Source: Methanomassiliicoccaceae archaeon (GTDB lineage: Archaea; Thermoplasmatota; Thermoplasmata; Methanomassiliicoccales; Methanomassiliicoccaceae). From it: 64,000 nt of DNA. The notes beneath the pieces were generated by a model, which was not told where the DNA came from, did not search any database, and saw only the letters and a program-made list of their open reading frames with translations. A program made the position numbers and the translations under genes. Shown piece by piece: positions 49,151 through 59,820 of this stretch (the first letter of the stretch is position 1; each line of letters begins with the position of its first letter). The DNA lies in assembly GCA_040776945.1 (NCBI GenBank), contig JAXGZN010000002.1, positions 384,001 through 448,000 on the forward strand, given 5' to 3'.

Positions 49151-50232
49151 GCCAGTCCCCCGTCGACGATCTCGCGGATGGTGTTCCCCAGCTCGCTGAA
49201 CAGCACATGTTCGGTGCTCATGACCTCCGCGTGGGTATTGATCTCGCCGACAGAGAGGCGGAAGCCCCTGTCAATATAGTTACGGAGCTCCCTTGGCTGG
49301 TCGGTGACCAGGATGTCCTGCGGCCTCAGGCCGGGCACGGCATGCGGCAGGCCTGCCACGATGCGCAGGTCGGCCCCCGATTCCTCGAGCGCCCTGGAGG
49401 CGATCTCCCCGGCCACTGGATACTCGTCCAGTCCACCGGTCAGTATGGAGGGGACGGCGCCCGCCTCTTTCAGGTCACGGAGTATGTTCGATGCATACCT
49501 CCTGATCCTGGGGAGCCCGACCTGAGGGTCGAGATTCCCGATATGGACGACATCTCCCCCGATCCGGTCGCGCGCATACTGGACCGCCCGCATTATGTCC
49601 GCGAATCCGTAGGCGGTCTCCTTCTTGGCGTTGAGCGCCACCGACACCTTTCCTCCTTGGCGGAGCACCTTGATAATCTCCAGGCCCACGGAGAGCTTCG
49701 TGACCCCGGAATGAGGCTCCAGATATTCCTGGCTGGTAAGGCCTCGTTCCCGCTCGATGGCTGTGGCCCTTTTCAACATGAACTTCTGGCGGTCCCGCTC
49801 CTCCTCGGAGATCACTCCCATCTCGGCCGCCACCTCAAGGGTCCTGATCGCTCCGGTGGTGTTCGGTCCTGAGCATCCGTGAACGTCCACCGGCAGAACG
49901 GTCGCCTTTACCCCAGCCTTCTTGACCGCTCCGTCCAGGTTCTCCCCGATGATCATAGATGCGCAGGTGCCGACCACGCCTATGAGGCGGGGGCGGAACC
50001 GGTCATCGATGTTCTTCAGGATGCGGACCAGCTTCTCCTCCGCTCCGAAGATGAGGTCGTTCTCCTGCATCCCGGTGGTCATGACCCGAACGCCCGCCTC
50101 TTCCAGCCTGCGGGCGGCCATGAACCCGCATCCCGCAGGGCCGTGCATGAGGATAACATCGGCGTCAAGGTCTCTCAGGGTGTACATCGCGGCGATGATG
50201 GGGTTGGGCCGCGGGTGGAGGATGTCCTTCAC
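49147..50232 (-). CDS. cfbD: Ni-sirohydrochlorin a,c-diamide reductive cyclase catalytic component (NifD-like)
   Basis: HPRPNPIIAAMYTLRD...HGPAGC, GTCASMIIGE, NAKKET, GLPRIR, GGLDEYP. Confidence 0.95.
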   Translation of the reverse strand: MKDILHPRPNPIIAAMYTLRDLDADVILMHGPAGCGFMAARRLEEAGVRVMTTGMQENDLIFGAEEKLVRILKNIDDRFRPRLIGVVGTCASMIIGENLDGAVKKAGVKATVLPVDVHGCSGPNTTGAIRTLEVAAEMGVISEEERDRQKFMLKRATAIERERGLTSQEYLEPHSGVTKLSVGLEIIKVLRQGGKVSVALNAKKETAYGFADIMRAVQYARDRIGGDVVHIGNLDPQVGLPRIRRYASNILRDLKEAGAVPSILTGGLDEYPVAGEIASRALEESGADLRIVAGLPHAVPGLRPQDILVTDQPRELRNYIDRGFRLSVGEINTHAEVMSTEHVLFSELGNTIREIVDGGLA

Positions 50233-51521
50233 AGGTACCCCTCCTTGATGCAGTGGACGAGCACTTTGTGCTTCTTCCTGACGTCCATCGGCCCTTCTAT
50301 CCTCAGGAACCCGGCGGCCTGGCGGTCAAGACCGGGCATGTTGATGATATACTGCCCCTTGATCGACGGGTGCTTGGAGAGCACCTTGTGAACGTCCTCA
50401 ATGACCAGTTTCTCGCAGACCTTCAGGTTTACAGGGTCCAGGGCCACTCCGATGTCCTCTTGCCCGTAGTTCCGCTCAAGGACGGTGATGTTCCAATCAA
50501 TGGACCCTGCGCTGACACCGGGGTTGCGCTCGCGGATGAGGAACGCGCCACCTTCGCGTGCGACGTCCCCTCGGCCGGGGACGCCCTTGAACGTTGAAAG
50601 GGAGCTCACCGCCTGCTCCATATCAAGACCCATCGCCCCCGCGGCGGCCAGGCCGGCCAATAGGGCGGTGGCGTAGCTCGGAGCCAGGAAGGTCCCCGGA
50701 AGCTGGACCGACGATACTCTCCCCTTCCACATCACCGTTAACAAGGCGCCCTTTCCCAGGACCAGCTTATCTGGGAGAGAGACGTCAAGGTCTCCTCCAG
50801 GGCCGAAGGTTATGGTCCTCGCTCCCTCCGGGACATGCGGCCCCCATAGGTCCCTTTCCTTCTCTGGACAGACCAGCACCTTGGCGGTCTGCGCCATCTG
50901 CAGCTTTCCGTGGAATGCCCGGCGGGTCCCGGCCGCTATGGGATAGTCGTCATCGAGGCCCGTGATCACCGAGACATCGGCAAGGCCGGTCCCTCCCAAG
51001 CTGACCTCGAACACTCCAACGTCGCAAGGCGGATGGTCGCGGGAGATCGAGAGGACCGATGGCGGGGCAATGCTCACCTTGTCAGCAAGGGCCCTCCACT
51101 CCCCATCAAAGTAGTGCCTCCCACGGCTGGTGTGCATCAGTGTTCGCTTTCCGGAAGAGGCCAGCATATGTCCCAGGACATGGCAGGCGGAGGTCTTCCC
51201 CCGAACCCCGGTGAGCTCGATCACCGGAAAGTCGAAGGAGGCGAGCTCTCCCACCGCCTGATGCGCGGTGATCCTGCGCCCCAGGTCCGCCGGTCCGATG
51301 AACCTGTCGGGACAGTGGACCGGGACAACGCCAAGATCGAAATGTTCTCCAGGCGAGTCATCGAGCACCCGTACTCCTTTGGCAGCGAGGCTCGCTTTCT
51401 TCTCGGCAGGGGCAGTGTGATATATGTCGACGGCGGTCACACTCGCTCCCCTCGAGGCGTACTCTAGCGCCAGAACCTCACCGCCGTGAGTGAGGTCCAG
51501 CACCAGGACCTTTTCATTCAT
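50229..51521 (-). CDS. cfbE: coenzyme F430 synthase (Mur ligase-like)
   Basis: VLDLTHGG, PVHCP, ITAHQAVG, TGVRGKTS, FEVSLGGTG, DYPIA. Confidence 0.93.
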   Translation of the reverse strand: MNEKVLVLDLTHGGEVLALEYASRGASVTAVDIYHTAPAEKKASLAAKGVRVLDDSPGEHFDLGVVPVHCPDRFIGPADLGRRITAHQAVGELASFDFPVIELTGVRGKTSACHVLGHMLASSGKRTLMHTSRGRHYFDGEWRALADKVSIAPPSVLSISRDHPPCDVGVFEVSLGGTGLADVSVITGLDDDYPIAAGTRRAFHGKLQMAQTAKVLVCPEKERDLWGPHVPEGARTITFGPGGDLDVSLPDKLVLGKGALLTVMWKGRVSSVQLPGTFLAPSYATALLAGLAAAGAMGLDMEQAVSSLSTFKGVPGRGDVAREGGAFLIRERNPGVSAGSIDWNITVLERNYGQEDIGVALDPVNLKVCEKLVIEDVHKVLSKHPSIKGQYIINMPGLDRQAAGFLRIEGPMDVRKKHKVLVHCIKEGYL

Positions 51522-51523
51522 GC

Positions 51524-51943
51524 CTATGCCTGCTTCATCCGGGACCTGACCCTGTCGGCCAGGATCTGGGCGATGCGGTCATCGTCGCCTATGGGGTCGC
51601 AGTAGCGGAGAGTGACGGTCTTGCCATCTACGACCATCTTGGTCTCCCTCTCCCCCTTCTTCAGCCCGATCTCCCCGGGTATGTCCTCGGTGAGGTGGAT
51701 GCCCGATGCGAGGAAGCATGGCTGCACGTAGATCATGTCCACGCCCTGGTCGACCAAGGTCTTGATCCCGGTCTTGATGTCCGGCTCGTTCAGCTGCATG
51801 AACGCGGCCTCTACCGGTCCGAACTCATGGGACTTTGCCAACCGCGCGGCGGCCTTGGTCACGATCTCTTTGTTGAACTGCAGCTTGCTTCCATGCCCTA
51901 CTACAAGTACTCCGTTCTTCATGTTCGAAATCCCCTTTGTCAC
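51524..51943 (-). CDS. cfbA: sirohydrochlorin nickel chelatase (CbiXS-type)
   Basis: VVGHGSK, AFMQLNEP, FLASGIHLTEDIP; first gene of the cfb operon; start may be ATG 51922. Confidence 0.92.
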   Translation of the reverse strand: MTKGISNMKNGVLVVGHGSKLQFNKEIVTKAAARLAKSHEFGPVEAAFMQLNEPDIKTGIKTLVDQGVDMIYVQPCFLASGIHLTEDIPGEIGLKKGERETKMVVDGKTVTLRYCDPIGDDDRIAQILADRVRSRMKQA

Positions 51944-52226
51944 TGACCGCCGAAGCGGCCAGGTCAGGATGACAATCTCTGATTATATAGCTTTCCTGAA
52001 ATCCTTGCCGATATCGGCGATGAGGTACTGACGAAAGGCCGGTCAGGCCCGCCCTTGTTCAATCGCCAGGTCAGTTTGATATCGGACCGGATCTACGCTT
52101 CGGTCCCATCCCCTCCTGTAAGGTCAGGATGCGCACGGCTGGTATCAGAGAGCATAACTATGGTCCGTGCCCCGGCGAAAGATCGAGAACATGTTCTAAA
52201 TAAATGATATGCTAAAAGCAACATGC

Positions 52227-52418
52227 ATGAACGACCATCATGCTCATACGCACAAGCATGAGCGGACCAAGCATACTCATGAGCACCATGAGGACGAGCA
52301 CCACACCCATGCACACTCCGGCGAGGAGGGCAGTGAGCCGCACACACACGAGCACGAGCATGCCGAGATCACCCACTCTCACCCTCATAAAGAGGGTAAA
52401 CATCACGGTAAAGAGTGA
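52227..52418 (+). CDS. 63-aa histidine-rich putative metal-binding peptide
   Basis: 22 His in 63 aa in HxHxH repeats; TATA-like tctaaataaat ~25-30 bp upstream; divergent from cfbA. Confidence 0.7.
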   Translation: MNDHHAHTHKHERTKHTHEHHEDEHHTHAHSGEEGSEPHTHEHEHAEITHSHPHKEGKHHGKE

Positions 52419-53196
52419 TATACGAACCCTTCATCTGCGCTCAATCCCTTCCTTAGCGACAATAATGGTCTGAGGCACGGTACGGTCCAACACATATGCC
52501 GTTGCAGCTATCGATATGGCCTGAAGGCCTAGAACGATAAAAAAAGATGGAGAGGAAACGGGCGGAGGAAACAATATGGCGATAGTTGACAGGTCTCCCG
52601 TTTCCCGTCATAGGTATTTCTTGCTACGATTTATAAATTCGTAATACTAATTCATCGAAACAATGGCCTTCGCTTATAAGCACGACATCGTCCCCGATCA
52701 TCGCCCGGCGATCTACTTTCCGCTGCACCGGTCGCGTCGTCGGTTTCGTCCCCACACCGCTCCTCACGGCCCGTCGGCGAGATGTTGGACGAATATTGGA
52801 AAACCTCCTGCCGCGTTATAAAGGCGGCCTTTGTGAAGGCGGGGAAAGGATCGCGCCAAGTTCTCAGCGGATGCAGCCGCCCAGCAACATCATCATCCAT
52901 TCCGCATTATTCGACATCAGCATAATTGGCCTAGGAGCATGATAATTGAGAGGTACGCAGGCCCCATGTCACTCATAGGCAGGCATCGGGGCAGTCCGTG
53001 GAGAGGGCGGTTGCCGGCCTGGGTAGCGGAAGGCCGCTCCGGACAACGTTCTGGGTCCACGGTCCATCTTCGGATGCCGCGGAGAGATCGCCATCAGGCG
53101 GCCGAGGTCATACGCCATCCGACCCCGGCCCCATCAGTTCTCGCGGCCTTTTTAAATTCAAAGAAAGCTTCCGAACGGATCTCTTCCCCTCATAAG

Positions 53197-53213
53197 TTGG
53201 ATGTTGCATCCAA
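53197..53213. promoter_or_regulatory. inverted repeat (candidate operator) at the hem operon promoter
   Basis: TTGGATG-ttg-CATCCAA running into aataaata, about 60 bp upstream of the sirC start. Confidence 0.4.
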
Positions 53214-53271
53214 ATAAATAAGGGCATTATCTTATTACCGAGCTGAAATACGGTCGTGACAAGGGGATCAA

Positions 53272-53880
53272 ATGCTGCCGATATGGTTAGATCTGCATGC
53301 TCGGAAGGCGGCTGTCTTCGGAGGGGGCGCAGTGGGCAGGAGGAAGGCGAACTACCTGGCGGGAGAGGCCGAGGTCAAGGTGATCTCCAAAAAGTTCGTG
53401 GACGGTTTCCTCCCCCAGGTTCAGCTAGTAGAGGGAGAGATAAATGAACATCTTGTTCACACCATCGGTTGGGCAGACCTTGTTATCGCTGCGACCAACG
53501 ATCGGGACCTGAACGATGCCATCGCCGCGGAGGCGGCCGTCCAAGGCAAGTACTGCAACCGCGCTGACGGCGTGTCTACGTTCCTAATCCCATCATTGGT
53601 GGAGCGTGATAATTATAAGGTGGCGATCTCCACAGAGGGGCGAAGCCCAGGCATGTCCAAATACCTCCGCCTGGAGCTGGACAGGTTCCTTGGACGGAAA
53701 TACGACCTCATGGTGTCCTTGCAGGAGGAGCTGCGGGAGGCCGCCAAACGCAGCATACCTTCTCAGATGGAGAGGGAGAAGAAGCTCTGGCAGGTGCTCG
53801 AGGACCGTGATGTGTGGAGCGCCTTGGAGAACGATCTCCCGCGGGCCCGCGAACTGGCCATGCAGAAGTTGGTGGGATGA
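53272..53880 (+). CDS. sirC: precorrin-2 dehydrogenase (SirC/CysG N-terminal type)
   Basis: VFGGGAVGRRK, VIAATND, CNRAD, VAISTEGRSP. Confidence 0.9.
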   Translation: MLPIWLDLHARKAAVFGGGAVGRRKANYLAGEAEVKVISKKFVDGFLPQVQLVEGEINEHLVHTIGWADLVIAATNDRDLNDAIAAEAAVQGKYCNRADGVSTFLIPSLVERDNYKVAISTEGRSPGMSKYLRLELDRFLGRKYDLMVSLQEELREAAKRSIPSQMEREKKLWQVLEDRDVWSALENDLPRARELAMQKLVG

Positions 53881-55157
53881 TGGACTCTATCCTGAGCGCT
53901 CACATCACCCACAAACAGGCGCTGATGTCGGACATCGAAAAACTGGCCGAACTGGACCCATCAAGGCTCCTGAGGTCGGCGATCGGCCTGCCCGGGGCCA
54001 CCGAATGCGTCGCCCTTCGGACCTGCAACCGGGTGGAGATCTACTTGGCGACCAGCGAGCCGGTGAGGACCAGGAAGGCTCTTGAGGATCTCATCAACGG
54101 GTTGGTCCCCTTCGACGCGGACCAGAGCCTGGTGCAGTACCTGGCTAACAGGGACTCGGTGAAACACATCCTCAGGGTGGCAAGTGGCCTGGAGTCCATG
54201 ATCATCGGGGAGGACCAGATACAGTCTCAAGTGAAGGAGGCGTTCGAACATGCCGAGAAGGAGGGCACGGTGGGGCCGATGCTCTCGATAGTGTTCCGGA
54301 AGGCGATCTCCACCGGCAAGAAGGTACGCAGCGAGACCAGGGTCAACAAGGGCTGCGTTTCCGTTGGCTCCGCAGCGGTCGAGCTGGCCGAGGAGAAATT
54401 GGGGACGCTTGCGGGAAAGAACATCCTGGTCGTCGGGGCCGGGGAGATGGCCACCCTCATAGCTAAGCACCTGGTAGGGAAGGAGCCAAAGGCGATCTTC
54501 GTCTCAAACCGCACCTATGCAAGGGCGGTGGAGCTGGCATGGGTCCTTCACGGGAAAGCTGTAAGGTTCGACAACTTCATCGAGTTCATATCCCAGGCCG
54601 ACGTGGTTCTGGTGGCGACCTCGGCCACTCACATGATCCTCACCAAGGACCATATGGAGAAGGCGATGAAAGGGCGAAAGGGGAACTCCAAGATTATGGT
54701 CATCGACGTCAGCTTCCCGCGTAATGTCGAGCCCCAGGTCTCTGGCGTTCCCGGAGTGGAACTGTTCGATATAGACGGCCTGCGCGGGAAGGCGGAGGAG
54801 AACCTCCTGAGGCGCCGGGCGGAGATCCGCAACGCCGAGGCCATAATCGCCTCGGAGCTGAGCTCACTGGGCAAGCGCATCAAGGAGATGAAAGCGGACG
54901 AGATCTTGGCGCGCCTATACGGAAAATACTCGGAGATCAGGGAACGGGAGGTACAGAAGGCCTTGAACCGCCTCGCTTCCGGCAGCGAGCCGGCCGAGGA
55001 GGTCCTCAGGGACCTCGCGCAGGCAATGATGAAACGCTTCCTGGCCGATCCTACCAAGGTGCTGAAGGACGCGTGCCGGGAGGGTGAGATCGACATCATC
55101 GAGATCATGCAGGAGATATTCAGACTGGAGGGTGCGCTCGATGTATCCAGCAAATAG
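53877..55157 (+). CDS. hemA: glutamyl-tRNA reductase
   Basis: [31 protein letters not shown]; ATGA overlap with sirC. Confidence 0.95.
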   Translation: MMDSILSAHITHKQALMSDIEKLAELDPSRLLRSAIGLPGATECVALRTCNRVEIYLATSEPVRTRKALEDLINGLVPFDADQSLVQYLANRDSVKHILRVASGLESMIIGEDQIQSQVKEAFEHAEKEGTVGPMLSIVFRKAISTGKKVRSETRVNKGCVSVGSAAVELAEEKLGTLAGKNILVVGAGEMATLIAKHLVGKEPKAIFVSNRTYARAVELAWVLHGKAVRFDNFIEFISQADVVLVATSATHMILTKDHMEKAMKGRKGNSKIMVIDVSFPRNVEPQVSGVPGVELFDIDGLRGKAEENLLRRRAEIRNAEAIIASELSSLGKRIKEMKADEILARLYGKYSEIREREVQKALNRLASGSEPAEEVLRDLAQAMMKRFLADPTKVLKDACREGEIDIIEIMQEIFRLEGALDVSSK

Positions 55158-56115
55158 GGGGAGAAGACTGAGGGCAACAGCTGCCCTGAGGGATATGGTG
55201 AGAGAGAACGACCTGTCGTGCGGGGACCTTATCTATCCGCTTTTCGTGAACGAGGGCCTGGGCACTCCCAAGGGGATTGGGTCCATGCCGGGTGTAAGCG
55301 CTCATCCCCTGAGCGGCATTGCCAGGGAAGCGGAGGAGGTCGAGGGCCTGGGGGTCCCCGCGGTGCTGGTGTTCGGCGTGCCCAAGGCAAAGGATGCGAA
55401 GGGGAGCGGAGCGTGGGCCAGGGACGGGATCGCCCAGAGAGCGATGCGCGAGATAGCATCAGCGACCGACCTTACGATAATCGCCGATCTATGCCTGTGC
55501 GAGTACACCGACCACGGGCACTGCGGGGTCCTTCAAGGCGATATCGTGGACAACGATCCCACATTGGAACTGTACGGGCTCACCGCCGTCAGCCAGGCCG
55601 AGGCCGGCGCGGACATCATAGCGCCGTCGGGCATGATGGACGGACAGGTGCGGGCGATAAGGGAGGCCTTGGACAAGGCCGGCTTCCAGAACGTGGCCAT
55701 AATGTCCTATGCCGCCAAGTACGCCTCGGCGTTCTACGGTCCGTTCCGCGATGCCGCCGAGAGCGCGCCCAAGACCGGGGACAGGAGAACGCACCAGATG
55801 GACCCTGGCAACTCCAGGGAAGCCATCAGGGAGATGCGCCAGGACGTGGAGGAGGGCGCCGACATGCTGATGGTCAAGCCCGCCATGACCTATCTTGACA
55901 TCGTCCGGGAGGCCCGGAGGACGTTCGACGTGCCCCTCGCCGCATACAATGTCAGCGGGGAATACTCGATGATCAAGGCCGCCGCGGCCAATGGATGGCT
56001 GGACCATGACCGGGCTATGATGGAAACGCTGCTATCTATAAAGAGGGCCGGCGCGGACATGATCGTGACCTACTTCGCTAAGGAGGCCGCCTCCCTGCTG
56101 GAGGGTGGGAGATGA
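55141..56115 (+). CDS. hemB: porphobilinogen synthase
   Basis: [45 protein letters not shown]. Confidence 0.97.
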   Translation: MYPANRGRRLRATAALRDMVRENDLSCGDLIYPLFVNEGLGTPKGIGSMPGVSAHPLSGIAREAEEVEGLGVPAVLVFGVPKAKDAKGSGAWARDGIAQRAMREIASATDLTIIADLCLCEYTDHGHCGVLQGDIVDNDPTLELYGLTAVSQAEAGADIIAPSGMMDGQVRAIREALDKAGFQNVAIMSYAAKYASAFYGPFRDAAESAPKTGDRRTHQMDPGNSREAIREMRQDVEEGADMLMVKPAMTYLDIVREARRTFDVPLAAYNVSGEYSMIKAAAANGWLDHDRAMMETLLSIKRAGADMIVTYFAKEAASLLEGGR

Positions 56116-57389
56116 GCGCTGATCGGTCCTCGAGGCTTTATAAGCGGGCCAAGGAGCTGATGCCTGGAGGCGTGTCCTCTCCGGTCCGCGCCTTCCGACC
56201 ATATCCCAGATATATATCGTCGGGAAAGGGCTCGCACATCACCGATGTTGACGGACGAGAGTACATCGATCTCTGCATGGCCTTCGGCCCCCTGGTGCTC
56301 GGTCATGCCCATCCCGCAGTGGTCCGGGCGCTCCAGCGGCAGGCGGAGAGGGGAACGCTCTACGGCGCCCCGGTGGAGGCCGAGATAGAGTATGCCGAGA
56401 TGATACGGAGGAGCTTCCCCTCGATGGAGATGATGCGCATGGTGAGCACCGGCACCGAGGCCACCATGCACGCCCTGCGGCTGGCCCGCGGATATACTGG
56501 ACGCAAGAAGATAATCAAGTTCGAAGGATGCTTCCACGGGGCCCACGACGCCGTCCTGGTTAAGGCCGGCTCGGGAGCGACGACGCACAGCGCCCCCAAT
56601 TCCCTAGGGGTGCTCGAGGAAGTGGCCGGCAACACTCTGCTGGCAAGGTACAACGACCTGTCATCGGTGCGGGCGGCGCTGGAGGCCAACAAGGGAGAGG
56701 TGGCGGCATTGATCGTAGAACCGGTAATGGGGAACGTCGGCCCCATCCTCCCCCGCCCGGGGTTCCTGCAGGGCCTTAGGGACATGGCCGACGAGCACGG
56801 CTCCCTGCTGGTCTTCGACGAGGTGATCACCGGCTTCAGGCTGAGCATGGGAGGCGCGCAGGGCCTCTATGGCATCATGCCAGACATCACCACGTTGGGC
56901 AAGATCGCCGGCGGAGGCATGCCCATCGGGGTTTTCGGCGCAAGGGAGGAGATAATGCGGTTGGTGTCTCCGCTCGGCAAGGTCTATCAGGCCGGTACCT
57001 TCTCGGGTAACCCTATGTCACTGGCCGCGGGAATGGCGACCGTCAAGGAGCTGGAGCGACAGGGACATGGCGAGCTTGACCGAAAGGGGGCCGCACTGCG
57101 GGATGGCCTAAAGGAAGCACTGCAAGAATGCAAGGTCCCCCACCAGGTGGCCGGAGTCGGCTCAATGTTCCAGCTGTTCCTAGGTCCGGCCGAGGTGGTT
57201 AACTACCAGGACGCCCTGAGGGCCGACACCGCGCTCTTCGACAGGATGTTCCTGCGCCTTCTGGATGCCGGTATCTACCTGGCGCCGTCTCAGTTCGAGA
57301 CGAACTTCCTGTCAACGGCGCACAGCGACGAGGACGTAAGGCGGACCGTCGACGCGATCTCCGAGGCCTTGACGGAGGCGTCAGCATGA
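56112..57389 (+). CDS. hemL: glutamate-1-semialdehyde 2,1-aminomutase
   Basis: [46 protein letters not shown]. Confidence 0.97.
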   Translation: MSADRSSRLYKRAKELMPGGVSSPVRAFRPYPRYISSGKGSHITDVDGREYIDLCMAFGPLVLGHAHPAVVRALQRQAERGTLYGAPVEAEIEYAEMIRRSFPSMEMMRMVSTGTEATMHALRLARGYTGRKKIIKFEGCFHGAHDAVLVKAGSGATTHSAPNSLGVLEEVAGNTLLARYNDLSSVRAALEANKGEVAALIVEPVMGNVGPILPRPGFLQGLRDMADEHGSLLVFDEVITGFRLSMGGAQGLYGIMPDITTLGKIAGGGMPIGVFGAREEIMRLVSPLGKVYQAGTFSGNPMSLAAGMATVKELERQGHGELDRKGAALRDGLKEALQECKVPHQVAGVGSMFQLFLGPAEVVNYQDALRADTALFDRMFLRLLDAGIYLAPSQFETNFLSTAHSDEDVRRTVDAISEALTEASA

Positions 57390-58276
57390 TCATCGGCACA
57401 AGAGGGAGCGCCCTGGCCCTGGCCCAGACCGCCCTGGTGGTGAAGGAGCTGGAGAGGCGGTGCCCGGGTGTGGAGCTGGAGGTGCGTGAGATCAGAACGG
57501 TAGGGGACAGGGTCACCGACCGTCCCCTGTCCTCGCTGGGAGGCTATGGCGCGTTCACCAAGGAACTGGACCAGCGCATCGTTTCCGGGGAGGTGGACAT
57601 CGCAGTCAATAGTCTCAAGGACATGCCGGTGGACCTGACACCGGGGACCGAGCTTGCGGCGGTCCTGCCCCGCGCCCCGGTGGAGGACGTGCTGCTGTCA
57701 AAGGTCCCCCTCGACGAGCTTCCGAAGGGAGCGGTGGTCGGATCGTCCAGTGTCCGTCGCCGCTCGCTGCTCCTATGGAAGCGGCCGGACCTGGAGGTAA
57801 GGGACCTAAGGGGCAACGTGCCGACCAGGATCAGGAAATGGAAGGAGGGGGAGTACGACGCGATCGTACTGGCCCGGGCCGGCATCCTCCGTCTGGGCAT
57901 AACGGAGCGGTTCCACGTGCTCGATCCAGAGATTTTCACTCCCGCGCCCGGACAGGGGGCCATCGCAGTGGTGTGCGCCTCTGGGAGCGAGCACCTTCCG
58001 CGCCTCCGCCGGCTTGATGACCACGGCACCAGGGTAGCGGTGGAGGCCGAGAGGAACGTTCTCCGGGCCTTGGGGGGCGGCTGCTCTGTCCCCATAGGCG
58101 TATGGGCCGTCCCGCAAGGCGATGGGCTCAGGGTCCGCGGCTCGGTCATATCCGGGCGTCCGGAGGACAGCGTGTTCGTGGACCGCACGGTGCCGCTTGA
58201 GAGCATGACGGAAGGATTGGCGGCTATCGCTGAAGAGATGCGCCCGGCGGTCAGGGGGTGCGGGCTTGCCCGGTGA
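57386..58276 (+). CDS. hemC: hydroxymethylbilane synthase
   Basis: IGTRGSALALAQ, FTKELD, SLKDMP, RGNVPTR, PAPGQG, GGCSVPIG. Confidence 0.97.
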   Translation: MIIGTRGSALALAQTALVVKELERRCPGVELEVREIRTVGDRVTDRPLSSLGGYGAFTKELDQRIVSGEVDIAVNSLKDMPVDLTPGTELAAVLPRAPVEDVLLSKVPLDELPKGAVVGSSSVRRRSLLLWKRPDLEVRDLRGNVPTRIRKWKEGEYDAIVLARAGILRLGITERFHVLDPEIFTPAPGQGAIAVVCASGSEHLPRLRRLDDHGTRVAVEAERNVLRALGGGCSVPIGVWAVPQGDGLRVRGSVISGRPEDSVFVDRTVPLESMTEGLAAIAEEMRPAVRGCGLAR

Positions 58277-59009
58277 CGTCTACCTCGTGGGGGCGGGGCC
58301 GGGGGACATCGGCCTGATAACCGTTCGCGGCCTGGAGCTAATAGCCGCCGCGGACGTCATCATCTACGACCAACTGGCGAACCCGGACCTTCTGGGCCAT
58401 GCCAGGAAGGACGCGAAGCTCATCGATGTCGGCAAGCAGGGCGGACTTCACAAGGTTAAGCAGGAAGGCATCAACGAGATGATCATCGAGGAATCGATGA
58501 GGAACCAATTGGTGGTCCGATTGAAGGGGGGCGACCCCTTCTTGTTCGGCCGCGGAGGGGAGGAGGCCGAGGAGCTGCGAAAGGCCGGGGTCAGCGTTCA
58601 TGTAGTTCCCGGGGTCACGTCGGCGATCGCCGCCCCGGCCATGGCCGGGATACCGGTCACGCACAGGGACCACGCGCCAATGGTCACCTTCGTGACCGGG
58701 CACGAGCGGGACGACCGGCCAGACGAGAGGATCGACTGGAACGTTCTGGCCAATACCGGCGGGACCATAGTGATCCTCATGGGGATGGCCCGGCTGGGGC
58801 ACAACATGGCCCGTTTGATCGACGGGGGAATGGACCCCTCGACGCCGGTGGCGGTGGTGCACCGGGGCTCCACGCCATTTCAGAAGGTCGTGCTGTCCAC
58901 CGTCAAGGATGTGGAGGAGGAGTGCCGCCAGAAAGGCGTCGGCTCACCGGCGGTGGTCGTGGTCGGGGGCGTGGCTACGCTGCGCGGGATACTGGGTGAT
59001 CTCCAATGA
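58266..59009 (+). CDS. cobA: uroporphyrinogen-III C-methyltransferase
   Basis: VYLVGAGPGD, VRLKGGDPFLFGRGGEE, VPGVTS, GIPVTHR. Confidence 0.95.
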   Translation: MPGDVYLVGAGPGDIGLITVRGLELIAAADVIIYDQLANPDLLGHARKDAKLIDVGKQGGLHKVKQEGINEMIIEESMRNQLVVRLKGGDPFLFGRGGEEAEELRKAGVSVHVVPGVTSAIAAPAMAGIPVTHRDHAPMVTFVTGHERDDRPDERIDWNVLANTGGTIVILMGMARLGHNMARLIDGGMDPSTPVAVVHRGSTPFQKVVLSTVKDVEEECRQKGVGSPAVVVVGGVATLRGILGDLQ

Positions 59010-59782
59010 GGCTTGCGGTGATGCGCCCGGCGGACAAGCTGGAAGCCTCCGCTCAGTTGGCCAGGGAGATGGGGTTCGATGTTGTGGCCGCCTCTCCCCT
59101 CAGGATCGAGGCCAACGACGGGCCGGAGATCGATTCGTTCGTAAGATCCGCCAAGAAGGGCGAGGTTGACGTGGTCGTACTGGCGAGCTCCACCGGCGTT
59201 GAGGCCCTGACCAAGATGCTTTCGAGGCGGGGGGAGGACGCCGGGGACCTGCTTTCCCGGACCTGGCGCATAGCCATCGGTCCTCTCACGGCAAAGGCGA
59301 TGAGGGCCCACGGTATCGGCGTCGATGCCATCCCCGAAGAGTACTCCTCCGAGGGCCTGGTGCGGCAGATGGCGTGCGAGCTGTCGGGAAAGCGAGTGTA
59401 CCTGCTACGCTCCTCGCATGGGGAGCGTATCCTTTTCGATGGGCTGGCCGAGGCCGGGGCGGACGTGACCGAGATAGTGCTCTATAACCTGGTGCCCGAC
59501 CCCCTCGCCTCGGAAGTCCGGCATCTGGTGGAGGAGAGCTTGGCCGGGAGGATCGATGCCTTCGCGTTCTCCTCCTCGCTCTCGGCAGCGTCGTTCATCG
59601 AGGCCGCGGAGATGGTGGCCCCCAGAGAGAGGATCATCGGCATGCTGAACTCTCGGGTGGTGGGGGCGATGGGCGGACCGACCAGGAGGAACCTGGAGCG
59701 GATGGGCGTACATGTCCATGCCGTTCCTGCCAGCGCGACCTTCCATGCTCTGCTCGAGGCCATGGTCCCTTTGTGCCGTTAG
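59006..59782 (+). CDS. hemD: uroporphyrinogen-III synthase
   Basis: AIGPLTA, PEEYSSEGL, FSSSLSA motifs; operon position. Confidence 0.9.
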   Translation: MRLAVMRPADKLEASAQLAREMGFDVVAASPLRIEANDGPEIDSFVRSAKKGEVDVVVLASSTGVEALTKMLSRRGEDAGDLLSRTWRIAIGPLTAKAMRAHGIGVDAIPEEYSSEGLVRQMACELSGKRVYLLRSSHGERILFDGLAEAGADVTEIVLYNLVPDPLASEVRHLVEESLAGRIDAFAFSSSLSAASFIEAAEMVAPRERIIGMLNSRVVGAMGGPTRRNLERMGVHVHAVPASATFHALLEAMVPLCR

Positions 59783-59820
59783 CAGGGCTCCGTTCCGATC
59801 CCTGCCTAGCGCCCCCGACG

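Noticed and set aside
48371-50232. nifH/nifD-like genes suggesting nitrogen fixation
   Set aside because: Size, motifs and operon context identify them as cfbC and cfbD
50229-51521. Mur ligase-like gene suggesting murein or pseudomurein synthesis
   Set aside because: It has CfbE-type motifs and lies inside the cfb operon
52209-52418. Repetitive cac/gag/cat DNA as a tandem repeat or CRISPR array
   Set aside because: The periodicity is codon-level (His/Glu/Thr), with no fixed repeat-spacer structure
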